This document shows positions 27,660 through 38,102 of a DNA stretch of 62,810 bases, one piece after another. Within the stretch, counting starts at the first letter, position 1. Each line of letters opens with the position of its first letter. The stretch comes from a virus (Duplodnaviria; Caudoviricetes): the IMG/VR virus record IMGVR_UViG_3300037722_000563, positions 1-62,810 of that record. One strand, written 5' to 3'. The notes under the pieces were generated by a model, which was not told the origin of the DNA, did not search any database, and saw nothing but the letters and a program-made list of their open reading frames with translations. The position numbers were made by a program, and so were the translations under genes.

Positions 27660-29503
27660 TGGCAAAAAATACAACAGGACCTATGGATACTCACTTACTT
27701 CAAGAAGTGACATCCTTAGCCATGGCTGTAATAATTCAGCGTACAGATGGTATTAAATTTCACTTAACTACATCTGCTGAGGATATAGATATAGACGTTG
27801 GAGACGGTGATGGTGTACAAACGTATTCAGCTTCTGAAGGTGTTGGTCGCACTAACATTGAAAATGACTCGGAATTAAATGTTGATAATCTGGATGTGCT
27901 GGGTGTGTTTGATAGTGTTCTTCTGAAAGAAGTAGAGCTAAGACGCGGTTTGTTCGATTTTGCTGATTTCAAAATATTTGTATTTAATCACCAAAATATA
28001 AGTGATGGTATAGTGAGAATTTTCCGTGGTCAACTTGGAGAAGTTATTACGACGCCGTTAGGTTTTTTCCGTGTGACAGTTCGATCTCTTGTACAAGTAT
28101 ACAATAAAGAGACAGGCGAGCATTATAGCAAGGATTGCCGCGCTGACTTAGGTGATATAAGATGTGGTGTACCCATAAATCCTGCTGTAGTGGGTCGTAA
28201 CACCCCCATTAATGTTGGTGAGTTCTATAAGGCGTCACCCGCTCTTGAGGGGGTACCAGCTTCTATTATGTTGGTTCATGGTGAGAATAATGCTGAGGAT
28301 ATTGGTGTTTATGGTGGTACACCGACGTTCGGAACACAGGCAGCGATTAACACGACTACAGTCAAATTTGGCCCAGATTCTATTGAGTTTTCTCCTTCTG
28401 GTTCGGTTGATCCATCGCAAGCGTTCGTGAGTTATCCTGATAATGATCTTCTTACTATCGGCGCAAATGATTTTACAATTGAAGGCTGGATTCGGTTTAA
28501 GGACCTTACAGCCTCTGATCAGACATTCGCTTCGCACCAGAATACTAGCGGCAATAATACTGCATGGCGAATGGCGCGGCGGGGTGGGAACATTAGTATC
28601 TTTTTGTCGGATGACGGCTCCTCTAGTGCCCCAGCGACATTTGTTGAGGGCGTGTTTACCCCTGGGTGGGTTGTTGATACATGGTACCACGTGGCTGTTA
28701 CTCGTGATTCGAGCAATGATGTTCGCCTGTTTGTTGATGGAATACAGTATGGTGTAGATACTACCATATCTTTTGCCATTTTTAACAGTACTGCGCCCCT
28801 TCTTTTGGGTAAGTGCCGTCGTGTGGGTTTTGACGACTTCCCACTCCATGGTTTCGTTGAAGACTTCCGCTTCACAATTGGCGCTGCACTCTATACGATT
28901 AACTTTACCCCACCAGACCGTCATGTTTCTATTTCGGAAGTCCTCGATAGTTTGATCTGGGAAGATTTTGAGGATAGAATTTACGAAGTAACCATTGCGG
29001 GTACTACGTCTTCTATACAACCAGCTTACGATATAACTGTTGGTAATCCTACAGTAGATGGAACCGCAACGCTCGTCGCTCATCATTCTTGGATGCGCTT
29101 TGCCGAAGTATCGGCAGTTGATGTATCCAATGCAAGACGTATATTTACGGTTACCGAGCTTACTCCGACTTCAGGACAGGCGGTTGGGCCAAGTAGAACA
29201 CCAACGTCTTTAGGATTTCCTAATGATTGGTTTAATGGGGGTGGGGCGTATTTTGAGACAGGGGACAATGCAGGCCGCGTAAAAGAAGTACGTGATTTCA
29301 TCGAGGGAGTTAGTACCCAAGATATAGAATTATTCGAAGATTTGCCTTTTGACATCCAAATTGGCGATAAACTACGCATATTCCCAGGTTGTGATAAAAC
29401 TAATGCAATATGCATATCTAAATTTAACAATGGTATAAACTTTGTTGGTGAGCCGTACGTTCCCGGCGAAGATATATTTGGGCAATATCCAGATGCACAC
29501 TAG
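27659..29503 (+). CDS. Baseplate hub (DUF2163/BR0599) with LamG-like insertion
   Basis: CRADLGDIRC, PGCDK..C..KFNN..NF.GEPYVPG; internal DFTIEGW..WYHVAVTR..RLFVDG. Confidence 0.85.
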   Translation: MAKNTTGPMDTHLLQEVTSLAMAVIIQRTDGIKFHLTTSAEDIDIDVGDGDGVQTYSASEGVGRTNIENDSELNVDNLDVLGVFDSVLLKEVELRRGLFDFADFKIFVFNHQNISDGIVRIFRGQLGEVITTPLGFFRVTVRSLVQVYNKETGEHYSKDCRADLGDIRCGVPINPAVVGRNTPINVGEFYKASPALEGVPASIMLVHGENNAEDIGVYGGTPTFGTQAAINTTTVKFGPDSIEFSPSGSVDPSQAFVSYPDNDLLTIGANDFTIEGWIRFKDLTASDQTFASHQNTSGNNTAWRMARRGGNISIFLSDDGSSSAPATFVEGVFTPGWVVDTWYHVAVTRDSSNDVRLFVDGIQYGVDTTISFAIFNSTAPLLLGKCRRVGFDDFPLHGFVEDFRFTIGAALYTINFTPPDRHVSISEVLDSLIWEDFEDRIYEVTIAGTTSSIQPAYDITVGNPTVDGTATLVAHHSWMRFAEVSAVDVSNARRIFTVTELTPTSGQAVGPSRTPTSLGFPNDWFNGGGAYFETGDNAGRVKEVRDFIEGVSTQDIELFEDLPFDIQIGDKLRIFPGCDKTNAICISKFNNGINFVGEPYVPGEDIFGQYPDAH

Positions 29504-29915
29504 GGCTAATGAGATAGTTACTGCGGCAAAATCTTTCCTTGATGTGAAATACCGTCATCAGGGTAGGACTAGCGCTGGTTTGGATTGTGTAGGTTTGTTA
29601 ATTTGTATAGCACATACCATTGGGCTTTCCACTTTTGATACTATCCAGTATTCTAATCGTCCAAATGTGAATGAGTTTACCCGAGAAATAATACGGTCTG
29701 GATGCGTGCAAATACCCATATCTAGTGTTGGCAATGGAGACATACTACGACTTACATCTCACGGCTGGCCAGTACACTTGGCAATATTTGAAATTGATGA
29801 TAACGGTAACATGTGGTACATACATGCATATCTCCCACATAAAAAAGTAACTCGTGACCCGATGACCCCGGAAGTTTGGGCCAGGGTGAGTTCAGTTTGG
29901 AGGTTCCCCGAATGA
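29493..29915 (+). CDS. NlpC/P60 tail-associated peptidase
   Basis: YRHQGR...GLDCVGL...HLAI...IHAY. Confidence 0.85.
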   Translation: MHTRANEIVTAAKSFLDVKYRHQGRTSAGLDCVGLLICIAHTIGLSTFDTIQYSNRPNVNEFTREIIRSGCVQIPISSVGNGDILRLTSHGWPVHLAIFEIDDNGNMWYIHAYLPHKKVTRDPMTPEVWARVSSVWRFPE

Positions 29916-30415
29916 GCACAACTGCTCGGGAGAAAGCCCTTAATCGTGAGAGGACTAATCGGTGGCGTAGGCGGAATCCTGAACTTGCGCGTCAGCGGAT
30001 CAGGGATTGGCGAAAGAATAATCCTGAACGAATTAAGGAGATTGAGGATAAGGCGGCTCGCAAGAAATATATTAAGTATCGTAAAAAGATAAAAGCCCGA
30101 AATGCAGATTGGAAAAAGAATAATCCGGAAAAGTGTCAGGCTCATAGGGAAAATTACAGGGCAAGGAAATTAGGAGCAGAGGGACATTATACTACGGCAG
30201 ATATCCAGCATATTTTACTTTCTCAGAATGGGATTTGTGCCGCTCCATTTTGTTTGAATTATGTAGTTGAGAACGGTCATGTGGATCATATCAAGGCTCT
30301 TAGCCGAGGTGGGTCTAACTGGCCACATAATCTTCAGGTTCTTTGTCCTTCTTGCAATAGAAGTAAGGGTGCTAAAGATTATGAGGATTGGATTAACGAA
30401 CGAAAGAGTCCTTAA
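29912..30415 (+). CDS. Free-standing HNH homing endonuclease
   Basis: HVDHIKALSRGGSNWPHNLQVLCPSCNRSKG; basic N-terminal repeats. Confidence 0.88.
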   Translation: MSTTAREKALNRERTNRWRRRNPELARQRIRDWRKNNPERIKEIEDKAARKKYIKYRKKIKARNADWKKNNPEKCQAHRENYRARKLGAEGHYTTADIQHILLSQNGICAAPFCLNYVVENGHVDHIKALSRGGSNWPHNLQVLCPSCNRSKGAKDYEDWINERKSP

Positions 30416-30417
30416 CA

Positions 30418-33400
30418 ATGGCTACACTACTTATTGGAGCAGCAGTTAATATTGGCGTCGGTCTTCTACTTAATACATTATTTCCGCCGCCAGATATTCA
30501 ACAAGAAGGTCCTCGTCTAGCCGACTTGGGCTTTACATCTGCTTCCTATGGAAAATTTGTAAATATTCTATTTGGTACGGATAGAATTGATGGAAATGTC
30601 ATAGATACTACCGATCCGGCTATAGAAGAAGTGGTGAACATTGAGAGTTCGAGTGCGGGAGGAAAAGGTGGTGGTCAGCAGATAAGCAATAAAACGTACA
30701 CTTACTTTTTTACTGGGCGTGTATCCTTCTGTATAGAGGGGGCTGATGCTCTAATACGTTTATGGGGTGATGGAAAACTCATATATGATGTTTCGGGAAC
30801 CGGACAGATTGTTCGTGGAAATGGAGACATATTATTTTATCCGGGTGGTGAAATACAAATTCAAGACCCAGAGGAAGTTTCTCGACGTGGTTCTGACATA
30901 CCGGCATATAGACATTTGACGACTATAAAAATAAATCGTATGTTATTGGCGGATTTCGGTAATCGTATACCTAACTTCACAGCAGAAATAACTTTCAATT
31001 CTGAAACTACAGTTCCTGTATTAAATCTTGTTGAAGTTGCCGGTATGCAAGTACCTGCAACTCCGGCAGGCGAAGCTTATATGAGTGTCAACCTTGACCG
31101 AAATGAAGTATACTCATTAAGGAATAGTGCCACTGGTATGTGGTCTGCCACTGCTTCAGATTTAGTATTTAAGACAATGTTGGCGGGTGCGGGATTTTCT
31201 CACCCCACTGTAGGTCGAGATAATTTTGCTTATTCTCAATCTGGTGGTGGCAACTCATCCCCTCTTAAGAAAATGGATTTAGATTCTGGAGCGGTTGTGG
31301 GCACGTTTGGAGAAGTGACTCTAAGCACAACCGATGCAAGTGACCGATTTGGCAATTCTGGAACATGGTATCAGCTTAATTTTAGTCAACCGGGATTAGG
31401 TGTTAAGAGTGTCGTATTTCATATGAATACATTTGGGGATTCTAACGGTTCTGTTGTTGATCCAGATTTAATACCATTGCCACCTGGGGTTTCTACGGCA
31501 GTTGTTCACAATTTCTCCGTCGCTGATGGTTTTCCTAGTCAGCAGTTTGCTGGTTTTGGTTTACCTGATCATGACCGTAATCGGTTCTTTATATTTATCC
31601 AGAATACCGCAAACTCTTCATATGATCTATTCAAAGTTACTCCTATCTTTGCTATAGGTACAGGAGGATTCGCCCTCAATGATGTAGAAATAGAACTCGT
31701 AAGACAGTTTACTCGTGGTACGGCACCTGACGACTTTGTAACAGGTACCGGAAGTCCACAGGGCTGGGCAATTAATAGAACTACCGGTGATCTTATTTTA
31801 AGTAACGGGTCTTCTGCTATTTTATATAACCCTGATACGGATACGTTATTGGCCAAGTCAGGCTCGATTAATTTTGTTGGGCGTAACAACTATTATTCGG
31901 GAAATATAATTGCTTATGGTATAACAAATATAACCAACGGCACTATTCGTGTTTTCGATACTAGAACATTAGCCATAGTTAAAGATATAAAGACAGATGA
32001 CATACCATGGCCTAGCGGTGCAGATGGTGAGATATCCGAACCATCTTGTGTATGGGACGATAGAGTTGATGCCCTATTTTTGTCTCGGGCGACAGCTAGT
32101 TCCGGTGCAGCTACAGACTTTCGTATTCTGAAGGTATTTGTAAATCGTGTTAGTTCTTTGGGCATTGGGTTGGACGAAGTGGTATCTGCGTTATCAACCA
32201 GCTATCAAAGACAAACTATGGCCGGGCTTGAACCCGCCGATATAGATGTAACGGAATTAGCAAGCGATACCGTTTTGGGTTATACTATAAATCGCAAAAG
32301 CACCATGCGTTCTGCGTTAGAGCCTCTTCGCCAACGCTATTTCTTCGATGGCGTACAATCTGATTGGATAGTGAAGTTTCCTAAAAGGGGGCAAACATCA
32401 GTATTGACTATACCAGAAGAACACGTAGGACAATTAAAGCGCGGTAGAGACCAGACAGATGAGCCCGCTATTCGAGAATTAAGACAAGATGACATGTCAT
32501 TACCTATGTCATTGGCCATCCGGTATAGAAACAAGGATAGCGACTATCAAGTAGACTATGAGATAGATAAACGACATCTATTCCCTGATCCAACAATGCG
32601 ATCTAAATCAGAATTGACGTTAAACCTGCCACTTGTAGATGTGTCAACTGACATCAAACAAACTGCACAAAAGCAGCTTTTCACTATGTGGAACGAGCGG
32701 GTATCCTACAAGACAGTTATACCTTGGACGTACTTGAAATTGGATGCTACAGACGTATTCGAACTTGGTGTCTTCGGTGAAACAGTTCAGCTTCGTATGG
32801 CCGAGAATGACCTTGGGGCTGGATGGGCCGTGGAGTTAACCGGCGTTGTGGAAGATACTAAATCCTTCTCCTCCACATTAGGTGGCGGATTAAGCCTGGG
32901 CCATATTTCACCAAATGTTCCATCAAGTTTGCCTACACAAATAGTACCGTTAGATGCGCCTATACTGGATGTGCAAGATTTTCTATTAACTCCGGTATCG
33001 AATGCGTATATCGCTTCAGCCGGATACGAAAGTTCATGGCCCGGAGCTACACTATTTAAGTCCGTGGATGACTCAGCATTTGTACCAACTGGAACAACAC
33101 AAACTGAAGCAGTTCTGGCTTCGGTACGAACAGCCCCAGGTGTTTGGGCCTCTATTGAAGGTGATTTCCCTAATCGCATACAAGAAGTAGTTGACGGCGG
33201 TTCGATGGTTGTAGCTTCTATCAGAGGTGTTTCTTTTTGGGCATCTACCACTGAATTCAACATGCTAACTCTAGGTAGCAATGCTATAGCTGTTATTGGA
33301 ACAGACGGGGAAGTAGAGATAATAAATTACATAGACGTAATAGATAATGGGGATAATACGTTTACATTACAACGTTTACTAAGGGGTAGGCTTGGCACAG

Positions 33401-34626
33401 AAGATGTAGCTGACGGCGGTGTAAACGTTGGTGACAAGGTGGTCGGCCTTAAGGACTCAAATGGATTTAAGCAGGATGCGAGTATAAATAAACAAGATAT
33501 ACCATTATCTCAGTTAAATACTAGCTTGTTCTTTAGAGGTGTTACGACTGGAACATTATTGGAAGATGCTGATTCAGTATCTTTCACATATACCGGTAGA
33601 GACATAAAGCCATTCAGCGTGGCTCATATGAATGCCGTGGCAAGTGGAGAAGCTGTACATGTATCTTGGGATCGCCGTACCCGTGGACCATTTGGTGGAG
33701 AGTGGTTAGATGGCACTGGTAGTGTACCTTTGAATGAAATCATAGAACAATTTGAAGCCAGCATAACAGACGGTATAAATACTATAACCAGAGTTGTCGA
33801 TGATGAATATACTCTTACTTTTTCACCCAATGAACTATCTACTGCAAACATAGATATAAATACTCCTGGTTCTATAGTTACAGTACAACAGGTGAGCGGG
33901 GCCTCCGATCTTATTAAATCCCCGGCAATAGATAAAACATTAGCTGCACCGTTGGTGGCTGCGATAAATCCAACGTTCTCTAATGTTATTCTTCTCACCG
34001 GGTTTGATCTATCTGACGGCAATCAAACAGCCTTCGTTGAGGAAAGTTCAGTTGGACGTACTATTAGCTTCGTCAATCAGGGCCAGCCAGATACAGACGT
34101 AAAGAAGTTTGGTAGGGCGTCTTACCTAGGAGATGGTGTAGCGGATGCATGTTCGGTACCTCAACACGCAGACTTCGATTTAGGTACGGACTTGTTTACG
34201 ATAGAGTGTTGGGCTAAATGGATTGCCGGTACAGACAAAGGCATATTTGGGCGATCTTCCGGTGGTGCAGATAGGTACACCTTATTTATGGATGCTAATG
34301 GTAATATGGAGTTTTACGCAACTGCATCTGGTTTGACTTTGCAGGGCACTAGCGATTTTAGAACTGGAAGCTGGATGCACTTGGCTGTTGTAAGAGATGC
34401 TGGTAATGTGTTTAGACTATATGTGAATGGAATCAGAGAGCATCAGGTCACGGTTGCAAGGAATATTGGGGCGTCCGTGGACCCATTTTTCATAGGAACA
34501 GACCCAGCATCATTCTCTGCTCGTAGTTGGAACGGCTGGATAGATGAATTTAGATTTACAAGAGGTGAAGCCTTATATAGTGCAGCAACTATTGTTCCAC
34601 CCATAGGCGCTTTTGCCCGATCTTAG
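30418..34626 (+). CDS. Central tail tip/host-specificity protein (RcGTA megatron-like) with C-terminal LamG-like domain
   Basis: EGPRL, PAYR, FGNRIPNFTAE, LLRGRLGTE, WDRRTR; C-terminal FTIECW..WMHLAVVR..WIDEFRFT. Confidence 0.85.
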   Translation: MATLLIGAAVNIGVGLLLNTLFPPPDIQQEGPRLADLGFTSASYGKFVNILFGTDRIDGNVIDTTDPAIEEVVNIESSSAGGKGGGQQISNKTYTYFFTGRVSFCIEGADALIRLWGDGKLIYDVSGTGQIVRGNGDILFYPGGEIQIQDPEEVSRRGSDIPAYRHLTTIKINRMLLADFGNRIPNFTAEITFNSETTVPVLNLVEVAGMQVPATPAGEAYMSVNLDRNEVYSLRNSATGMWSATASDLVFKTMLAGAGFSHPTVGRDNFAYSQSGGGNSSPLKKMDLDSGAVVGTFGEVTLSTTDASDRFGNSGTWYQLNFSQPGLGVKSVVFHMNTFGDSNGSVVDPDLIPLPPGVSTAVVHNFSVADGFPSQQFAGFGLPDHDRNRFFIFIQNTANSSYDLFKVTPIFAIGTGGFALNDVEIELVRQFTRGTAPDDFVTGTGSPQGWAINRTTGDLILSNGSSAILYNPDTDTLLAKSGSINFVGRNNYYSGNIIAYGITNITNGTIRVFDTRTLAIVKDIKTDDIPWPSGADGEISEPSCVWDDRVDALFLSRATASSGAATDFRILKVFVNRVSSLGIGLDEVVSALSTSYQRQTMAGLEPADIDVTELASDTVLGYTINRKSTMRSALEPLRQRYFFDGVQSDWIVKFPKRGQTSVLTIPEEHVGQLKRGRDQTDEPAIRELRQDDMSLPMSLAIRYRNKDSDYQVDYEIDKRHLFPDPTMRSKSELTLNLPLVDVSTDIKQTAQKQLFTMWNERVSYKTVIPWTYLKLDATDVFELGVFGETVQLRMAENDLGAGWAVELTGVVEDTKSFSSTLGGGLSLGHISPNVPSSLPTQIVPLDAPILDVQDFLLTPVSNAYIASAGYESSWPGATLFKSVDDSAFVPTGTTQTEAVLASVRTAPGVWASIEGDFPNRIQEVVDGGSMVVASIRGVSFWASTTEFNMLTLGSNAIAVIGTDGEVEIINYIDVIDNGDNTFTLQRLLRGRLGTEDVADGGVNVGDKVVGLKDSNGFKQDASINKQDIPLSQLNTSLFFRGVTTGTLLEDADSVSFTYTGRDIKPFSVAHMNAVASGEAVHVSWDRRTRGPFGGEWLDGTGSVPLNEIIEQFEASITDGINTITRVVDDEYTLTFSPNELSTANIDINTPGSIVTVQQVSGASDLIKSPAIDKTLAAPLVAAINPTFSNVILLTGFDLSDGNQTAFVEESSVGRTISFVNQGQPDTDVKKFGRASYLGDGVADACSVPQHADFDLGTDLFTIECWAKWIAGTDKGIFGRSSGGADRYTLFMDANGNMEFYATASGLTLQGTSDFRTGSWMHLAVVRDAGNVFRLYVNGIREHQVTVARNIGASVDPFFIGTDPASFSARSWNGWIDEFRFTRGEALYSAATIVPPIGAFARS

Positions 34627-34641
34627 AATGGAGTAACGAAG

Positions 34642-35529
34642 ATGGCTACAGAAAACCTTCAAATACCTGATATCCAATCAGGTCAGCTAAGTAAAGAAGT
34701 TACGGCTAACGCCGCTCATAACTTGCTGGATCGTGCTATGAATGGAAACGGCACTTTCCAGAAAGTCATAACAGTAAGCACCAGCTTCACAAATACTGAA
34801 GTGCGTGAGAACCCAGTTATAGAGCTTACAGGTACGCCGGGCGCTCCTTTCACCGTAAATATGCCTAGTCTATTCAGGCGTTGGTTGACTGTTGTCAATA
34901 GCACTGATGGTGAGGCCACTATACGGAACTCTACGGGCGCTGGTTCAAATCAACCTGTGATACCAATTGGTACCGCTGCTACTTTCTACTATACGGGTAC
35001 AGATTTTATACGTATATCGTCTCTTTTAGTTGCTGGGATAGGAAATTTATACGTTCCGGCAGAAGTAATGTATGGGGCCACGGGCGCTCCCGCTCTTGCA
35101 ACCGCTGCATTATCTGCCGGTAATCCTGTAATTCGATCATGGGACCTAGATCAAACTACTCCTGAAACAGTACAGTTTTCTGTTGTTATGCCAAGAGATT
35201 GGAATCTAGGAACTATAGACGTGCAAGTGTATTGGAGTCATGCTACCGGTGGTTCATTATTTGGATTGGTATTAGGGGCATCAGCCGTGGCTATAGCAGA
35301 TGACGGGGCACAAGATGTAGCCTTTGGAACTCAGATAACCGATACCGATACTGGTGGCACTGCCGATGACTTGTACATATCAACCATTTTAGGTATAACC
35401 GTTGCGGGCACTCCTACTGACGGAAAACTGGTGCATTTTGAAATCGAACGTGTGGCCGGAGATGGCGCGGATACCCTCGATCTTGATGCTCGCATACAGG
35501 GTGCTCGAATAGTATACACAAAAGCATAA
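34642..35529 (+). CDS. Tail fibre/receptor-binding associated protein
   Basis: Q.SKEVTAN.A...LD N-terminus typical of DUF2793-like tail proteins. Confidence 0.6.
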   Translation: MATENLQIPDIQSGQLSKEVTANAAHNLLDRAMNGNGTFQKVITVSTSFTNTEVRENPVIELTGTPGAPFTVNMPSLFRRWLTVVNSTDGEATIRNSTGAGSNQPVIPIGTAATFYYTGTDFIRISSLLVAGIGNLYVPAEVMYGATGAPALATAALSAGNPVIRSWDLDQTTPETVQFSVVMPRDWNLGTIDVQVYWSHATGGSLFGLVLGASAVAIADDGAQDVAFGTQITDTDTGGTADDLYISTILGITVAGTPTDGKLVHFEIERVAGDGADTLDLDARIQGARIVYTKA

Positions 35530-35593
35530 TTTGCATCGTATAAACAGTCCTGTTAGAATAGTTATCCCTAAGGAAACATAAGGAGAAAGGCCG

Positions 35594-35773
35594 ATGCTGA
35601 CGTTTCTAACTAGTGCCCTCGGGCTGGCTACAGTGGGTTGCTACCTATATGTAGCTGTAATGTTCGGTGCTGCAAGCCGCAGAGCCGGAAATAACTGGGG
35701 TCGAGTAGCAGTAGATGCCGCAACTTGGCCTGTAATGGGGTGGAGAGCCCTAGAGGACTTGTATAACGTCTAA
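35594..35773 (+). CDS. Small membrane protein (59 aa, below track cut-off)
   Basis: AGGAG RBS; MLTFLTSALGLATVGCYLYVAVMFG. Confidence 0.55.
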   Translation: MLTFLTSALGLATVGCYLYVAVMFGAASRRAGNNWGRVAVDAATWPVMGWRALEDLYNV

Positions 35774-35793
35774 TCGAAGGGGGTGATCGGGTC

Positions 35794-36048
35794 ATGTTGG
35801 GAAAGTACTTTAGGAATGTGTTGATCGCTATCGACCAGTTCTTCAACACAATCCTAGCTGGTAATCCCGATGAGACCATCTCCGGACGCATGGGCCGCTG
35901 GCATTCTATGGGTGGATGGCGGGCCAAGGTTGCTAAGCCTATGTGCTGGCTCTTAGATTTATTAGACCCTGATCACTGCATACTATGTGCAAAACAAGAA
36001 AAAGAGATGGAACCCAAAAATGGACGGAATCAACTGGAAGAAAATTAG
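35794..36048 (+). CDS. Conserved phage hypothetical protein
   Basis: LIAIDQFFNTILAGNPDETISGR...DPDHC motif. Confidence 0.65.
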   Translation: MLGKYFRNVLIAIDQFFNTILAGNPDETISGRMGRWHSMGGWRAKVAKPMCWLLDLLDPDHCILCAKQEKEMEPKNGRNQLEEN

Positions 36049-36382
36049 CATGATCGCAGCTTTTGTGGGCGCAACCCTTGGTATTATGGTTTCATGGGAG
36101 AAGCTAGAGTTTCTGCCCAGATGGGCATGGCATGGTGAGGTTGTAGCCGTTGAAAAGCTTGTCATTCAAAAAGTGTCCAATGTTGAGCAGTTTGCCCAAG
36201 GAACTCGTAGAATTGTTTTGAACCAAGAGTGGTTCCGGCTTACGGCTGATATAAAACAACTACAAGCAGAACTTAATGAAAACCCTAGAAATCGTGAATT
36301 GATTGAGAAATTAACTAAGATGGAACAACAGCTTAGGGATGTAAACTCACAACTTGATGCTCTAAAAGGGTCTTCTCTGTAA
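36020..36382 (+). CDS. TM plus coiled-coil lysis-region protein
   Basis: N-terminal TM helix; in lysis cassette. Confidence 0.5.
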   Translation: MDGINWKKISMIAAFVGATLGIMVSWEKLEFLPRWAWHGEVVAVEKLVIQKVSNVEQFAQGTRRIVLNQEWFRLTADIKQLQAELNENPRNRELIEKLTKMEQQLRDVNSQLDALKGSSL

Positions 36383-36392
36383 GGGTGTTTAC

Positions 36393-36629
36393 ATGGAAGA
36401 AATAGATCGTTCAAGACGGCTGGCTAGACGACGTATGGCCTGGGTTAGCTTCGCCGCCCTCCTAGTAGAATCTGCTATTTTGATGACCGGCCTTTTTGTG
36501 GCTGGGCCTGCTTTTGCCCTGAATATGGCTTCTGTGGCCCCCGTCCTATCGGGACTGTTTTGGGCTCAAGCTGCTATAGTTGGTGCGTACCTGGGCGTGA
36601 GCCTTACCGAGGCTATAAAAGGGCATTAA
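36393..36629 (+). CDS. Holin candidate
   Basis: RRRMAW, two TM helices, IVGAYLG. Confidence 0.6.
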   Translation: MEEIDRSRRLARRRMAWVSFAALLVESAILMTGLFVAGPAFALNMASVAPVLSGLFWAQAAIVGAYLGVSLTEAIKGH

Positions 36630-36659
36630 CCATAAAGGGCCTCAGATGGCCCAGGAGCG

Positions 36660-37133
36660 ATGACAATGGGTTTCGTTAGTCTAATACCATCCGGTATCAA
36701 GATGGCCATCCTGGCGGCTCTGGTGGCGGCTGTAGCCGTATTCTATTGGCACTATACCGGGGTCAAGGCCGACCGGGATACTGCCCTGGCTAAAGTGGGT
36801 GCTTTGGAAGTGACAATAGCCACACAAAATGCTACTATAGACACCCAATCTAGCACCTTGAGTGACTGGAAAGCCCATGCTGAACAGTTCCAAGCCGCCC
36901 TTAATGCCATGGCTATAGCCCAATCTGAGGCCAATACCCAGGCTAGGAAATTGAATAATGTCCTTTCAAAACATGATCTTGAGCGTCTTTCGCTCGCCAA
37001 ACCGGGTCTTATTGAGCGCCGGATTAACGGTGGTACTGCTGATGTCCTCGGCATGTTCGAGTCTACCACAAATCGAGGTAAGGACGGCCCAGGTGGACGT
37101 GCCCAGGCCGGAAGCACACCCGGCAGTCCCTAA
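36660..37133 (+). CDS. Inner-membrane spanin (Rz-like)
   Basis: N-terminal TM, coiled coil, LAKPGLIERRIN. Confidence 0.75.
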   Translation: MTMGFVSLIPSGIKMAILAALVAAVAVFYWHYTGVKADRDTALAKVGALEVTIATQNATIDTQSSTLSDWKAHAEQFQAALNAMAIAQSEANTQARKLNNVLSKHDLERLSLAKPGLIERRINGGTADVLGMFESTTNRGKDGPGGRAQAGSTPGSP

Positions 37134-37353
37134 CCCTGAACCTGTCCAAATAGCACCGATTGAATGGAAAGTGATAACTAGAGACAGGTTGCCAGAGGGT
37201 GAATTCGTGCTGTATGGCTTGACTCCTAGACAATATGAGACTTTGGCCCGAAATATGGCTGATATATTACGTTGGGTAAAGGAAGCTCAATGGCGCCTGG
37301 AATATTACCGGGGCGATGGGCAGCTTGATGGTAAGAAGGATGTGGCCCCATGA
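36958..37353 (+). CDS. Outer-membrane spanin lipoprotein (Rz1-like); start uncertain
   Basis: Overlaps Rz in another frame; lipobox LLMSSA-C; Pro-rich. Confidence 0.75.
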   Translation: MSFQNMILSVFRSPNRVLLSAGLTVVLLMSSACSSLPQIEVRTAQVDVPRPEAHPAVPNPEPVQIAPIEWKVITRDRLPEGEFVLYGLTPRQYETLARNMADILRWVKEAQWRLEYYRGDGQLDGKKDVAP

Positions 37354-37760
37354 CATTCGTACTAGGACAACGATCAATAGCTCGACTTTCTGGTGTTCAC
37401 CCGGCTCTTATTGCTGTGATAAGACGAGCCATAGAGATATCAGATGTTGACTTTACAGTGCTTGAAGGTGTACGATCCATGGAGCGTCAGAAGATACTGT
37501 TCGATGGTGGTGCATCTAAGACTATGAATTCGAGACATTTAACTGGGCACGCTGTCGATCTAGGGGCCTATGTTGGTGGTGAGGTTCGATGGGAATGGGC
37601 TCTGTATCAGCGTATCGCCAAGGCTGTGAATGCTGCGGCTGACGAGTTAGCCGTAGATATAGTCTGGGGCGGTGATTGGGATGACGACGGTAGTGAAGCC
37701 GATGAGAAGGGCTTACGAGACGGCCCACATTTTCAACTTAAGCGCAGTAAATATCCATAA
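37350..37760 (+). CDS. Endolysin, M15 L-Ala-D-Glu peptidase
   Basis: EGVRS..RQ, SRHLTGHAVD, WGGDW, DGPHFQL. Confidence 0.9.
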   Translation: MTFVLGQRSIARLSGVHPALIAVIRRAIEISDVDFTVLEGVRSMERQKILFDGGASKTMNSRHLTGHAVDLGAYVGGEVRWEWALYQRIAKAVNAAADELAVDIVWGGDWDDDGSEADEKGLRDGPHFQLKRSKYP

Positions 37761-37911
37761 GGAGAATAATATGAAAGAGCATGCGGACATATATGGTCTT
37801 GGTGAAATTATATGTGGTATAAAGCCGGGAACTGTTGATGGCCCCTTCCCTTGGGAAGATGATCCTCTCGATGACGACGATATAGAACATCCTAAGGATA
37901 CAATTTAGGTG

Positions 37912-37940
37912 TTGACATATCCGATACAGTCTGGTATACT
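37912..37940 (+). promoter_or_regulatory. sigma70 promoter of the tRNA array
   Basis: TTGACA-N17-TATACT. Confidence 0.85.
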
Positions 37941-37965
37941 GTTTATCGAAATGATGGAAAGAACC

Positions 37966-38076
37966 ATGAATCATCTGAGTGAAATATCCTATAAGCTGAC
38001 GCAGTATCACCCCATTGTGGTGAACGCGCGCTGGGACAATACCACCCAGATGGGTGACGGGGGTTCATTGATTTAA
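37966..38076 (+). CDS. Putative attenuator leader peptide (36 aa)
   Basis: MNHLSEISYKLTQYHPIVVNARWDNTTQMGDGGSLI*; GGAAAG RBS; in-frame upstream ATGs at 37951/37954. Confidence 0.6.
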   Translation: MNHLSEISYKLTQYHPIVVNARWDNTTQMGDGGSLI

Positions 38077-38102
38077 GGATCATGAACATATAGTCTACGA
38101 TA

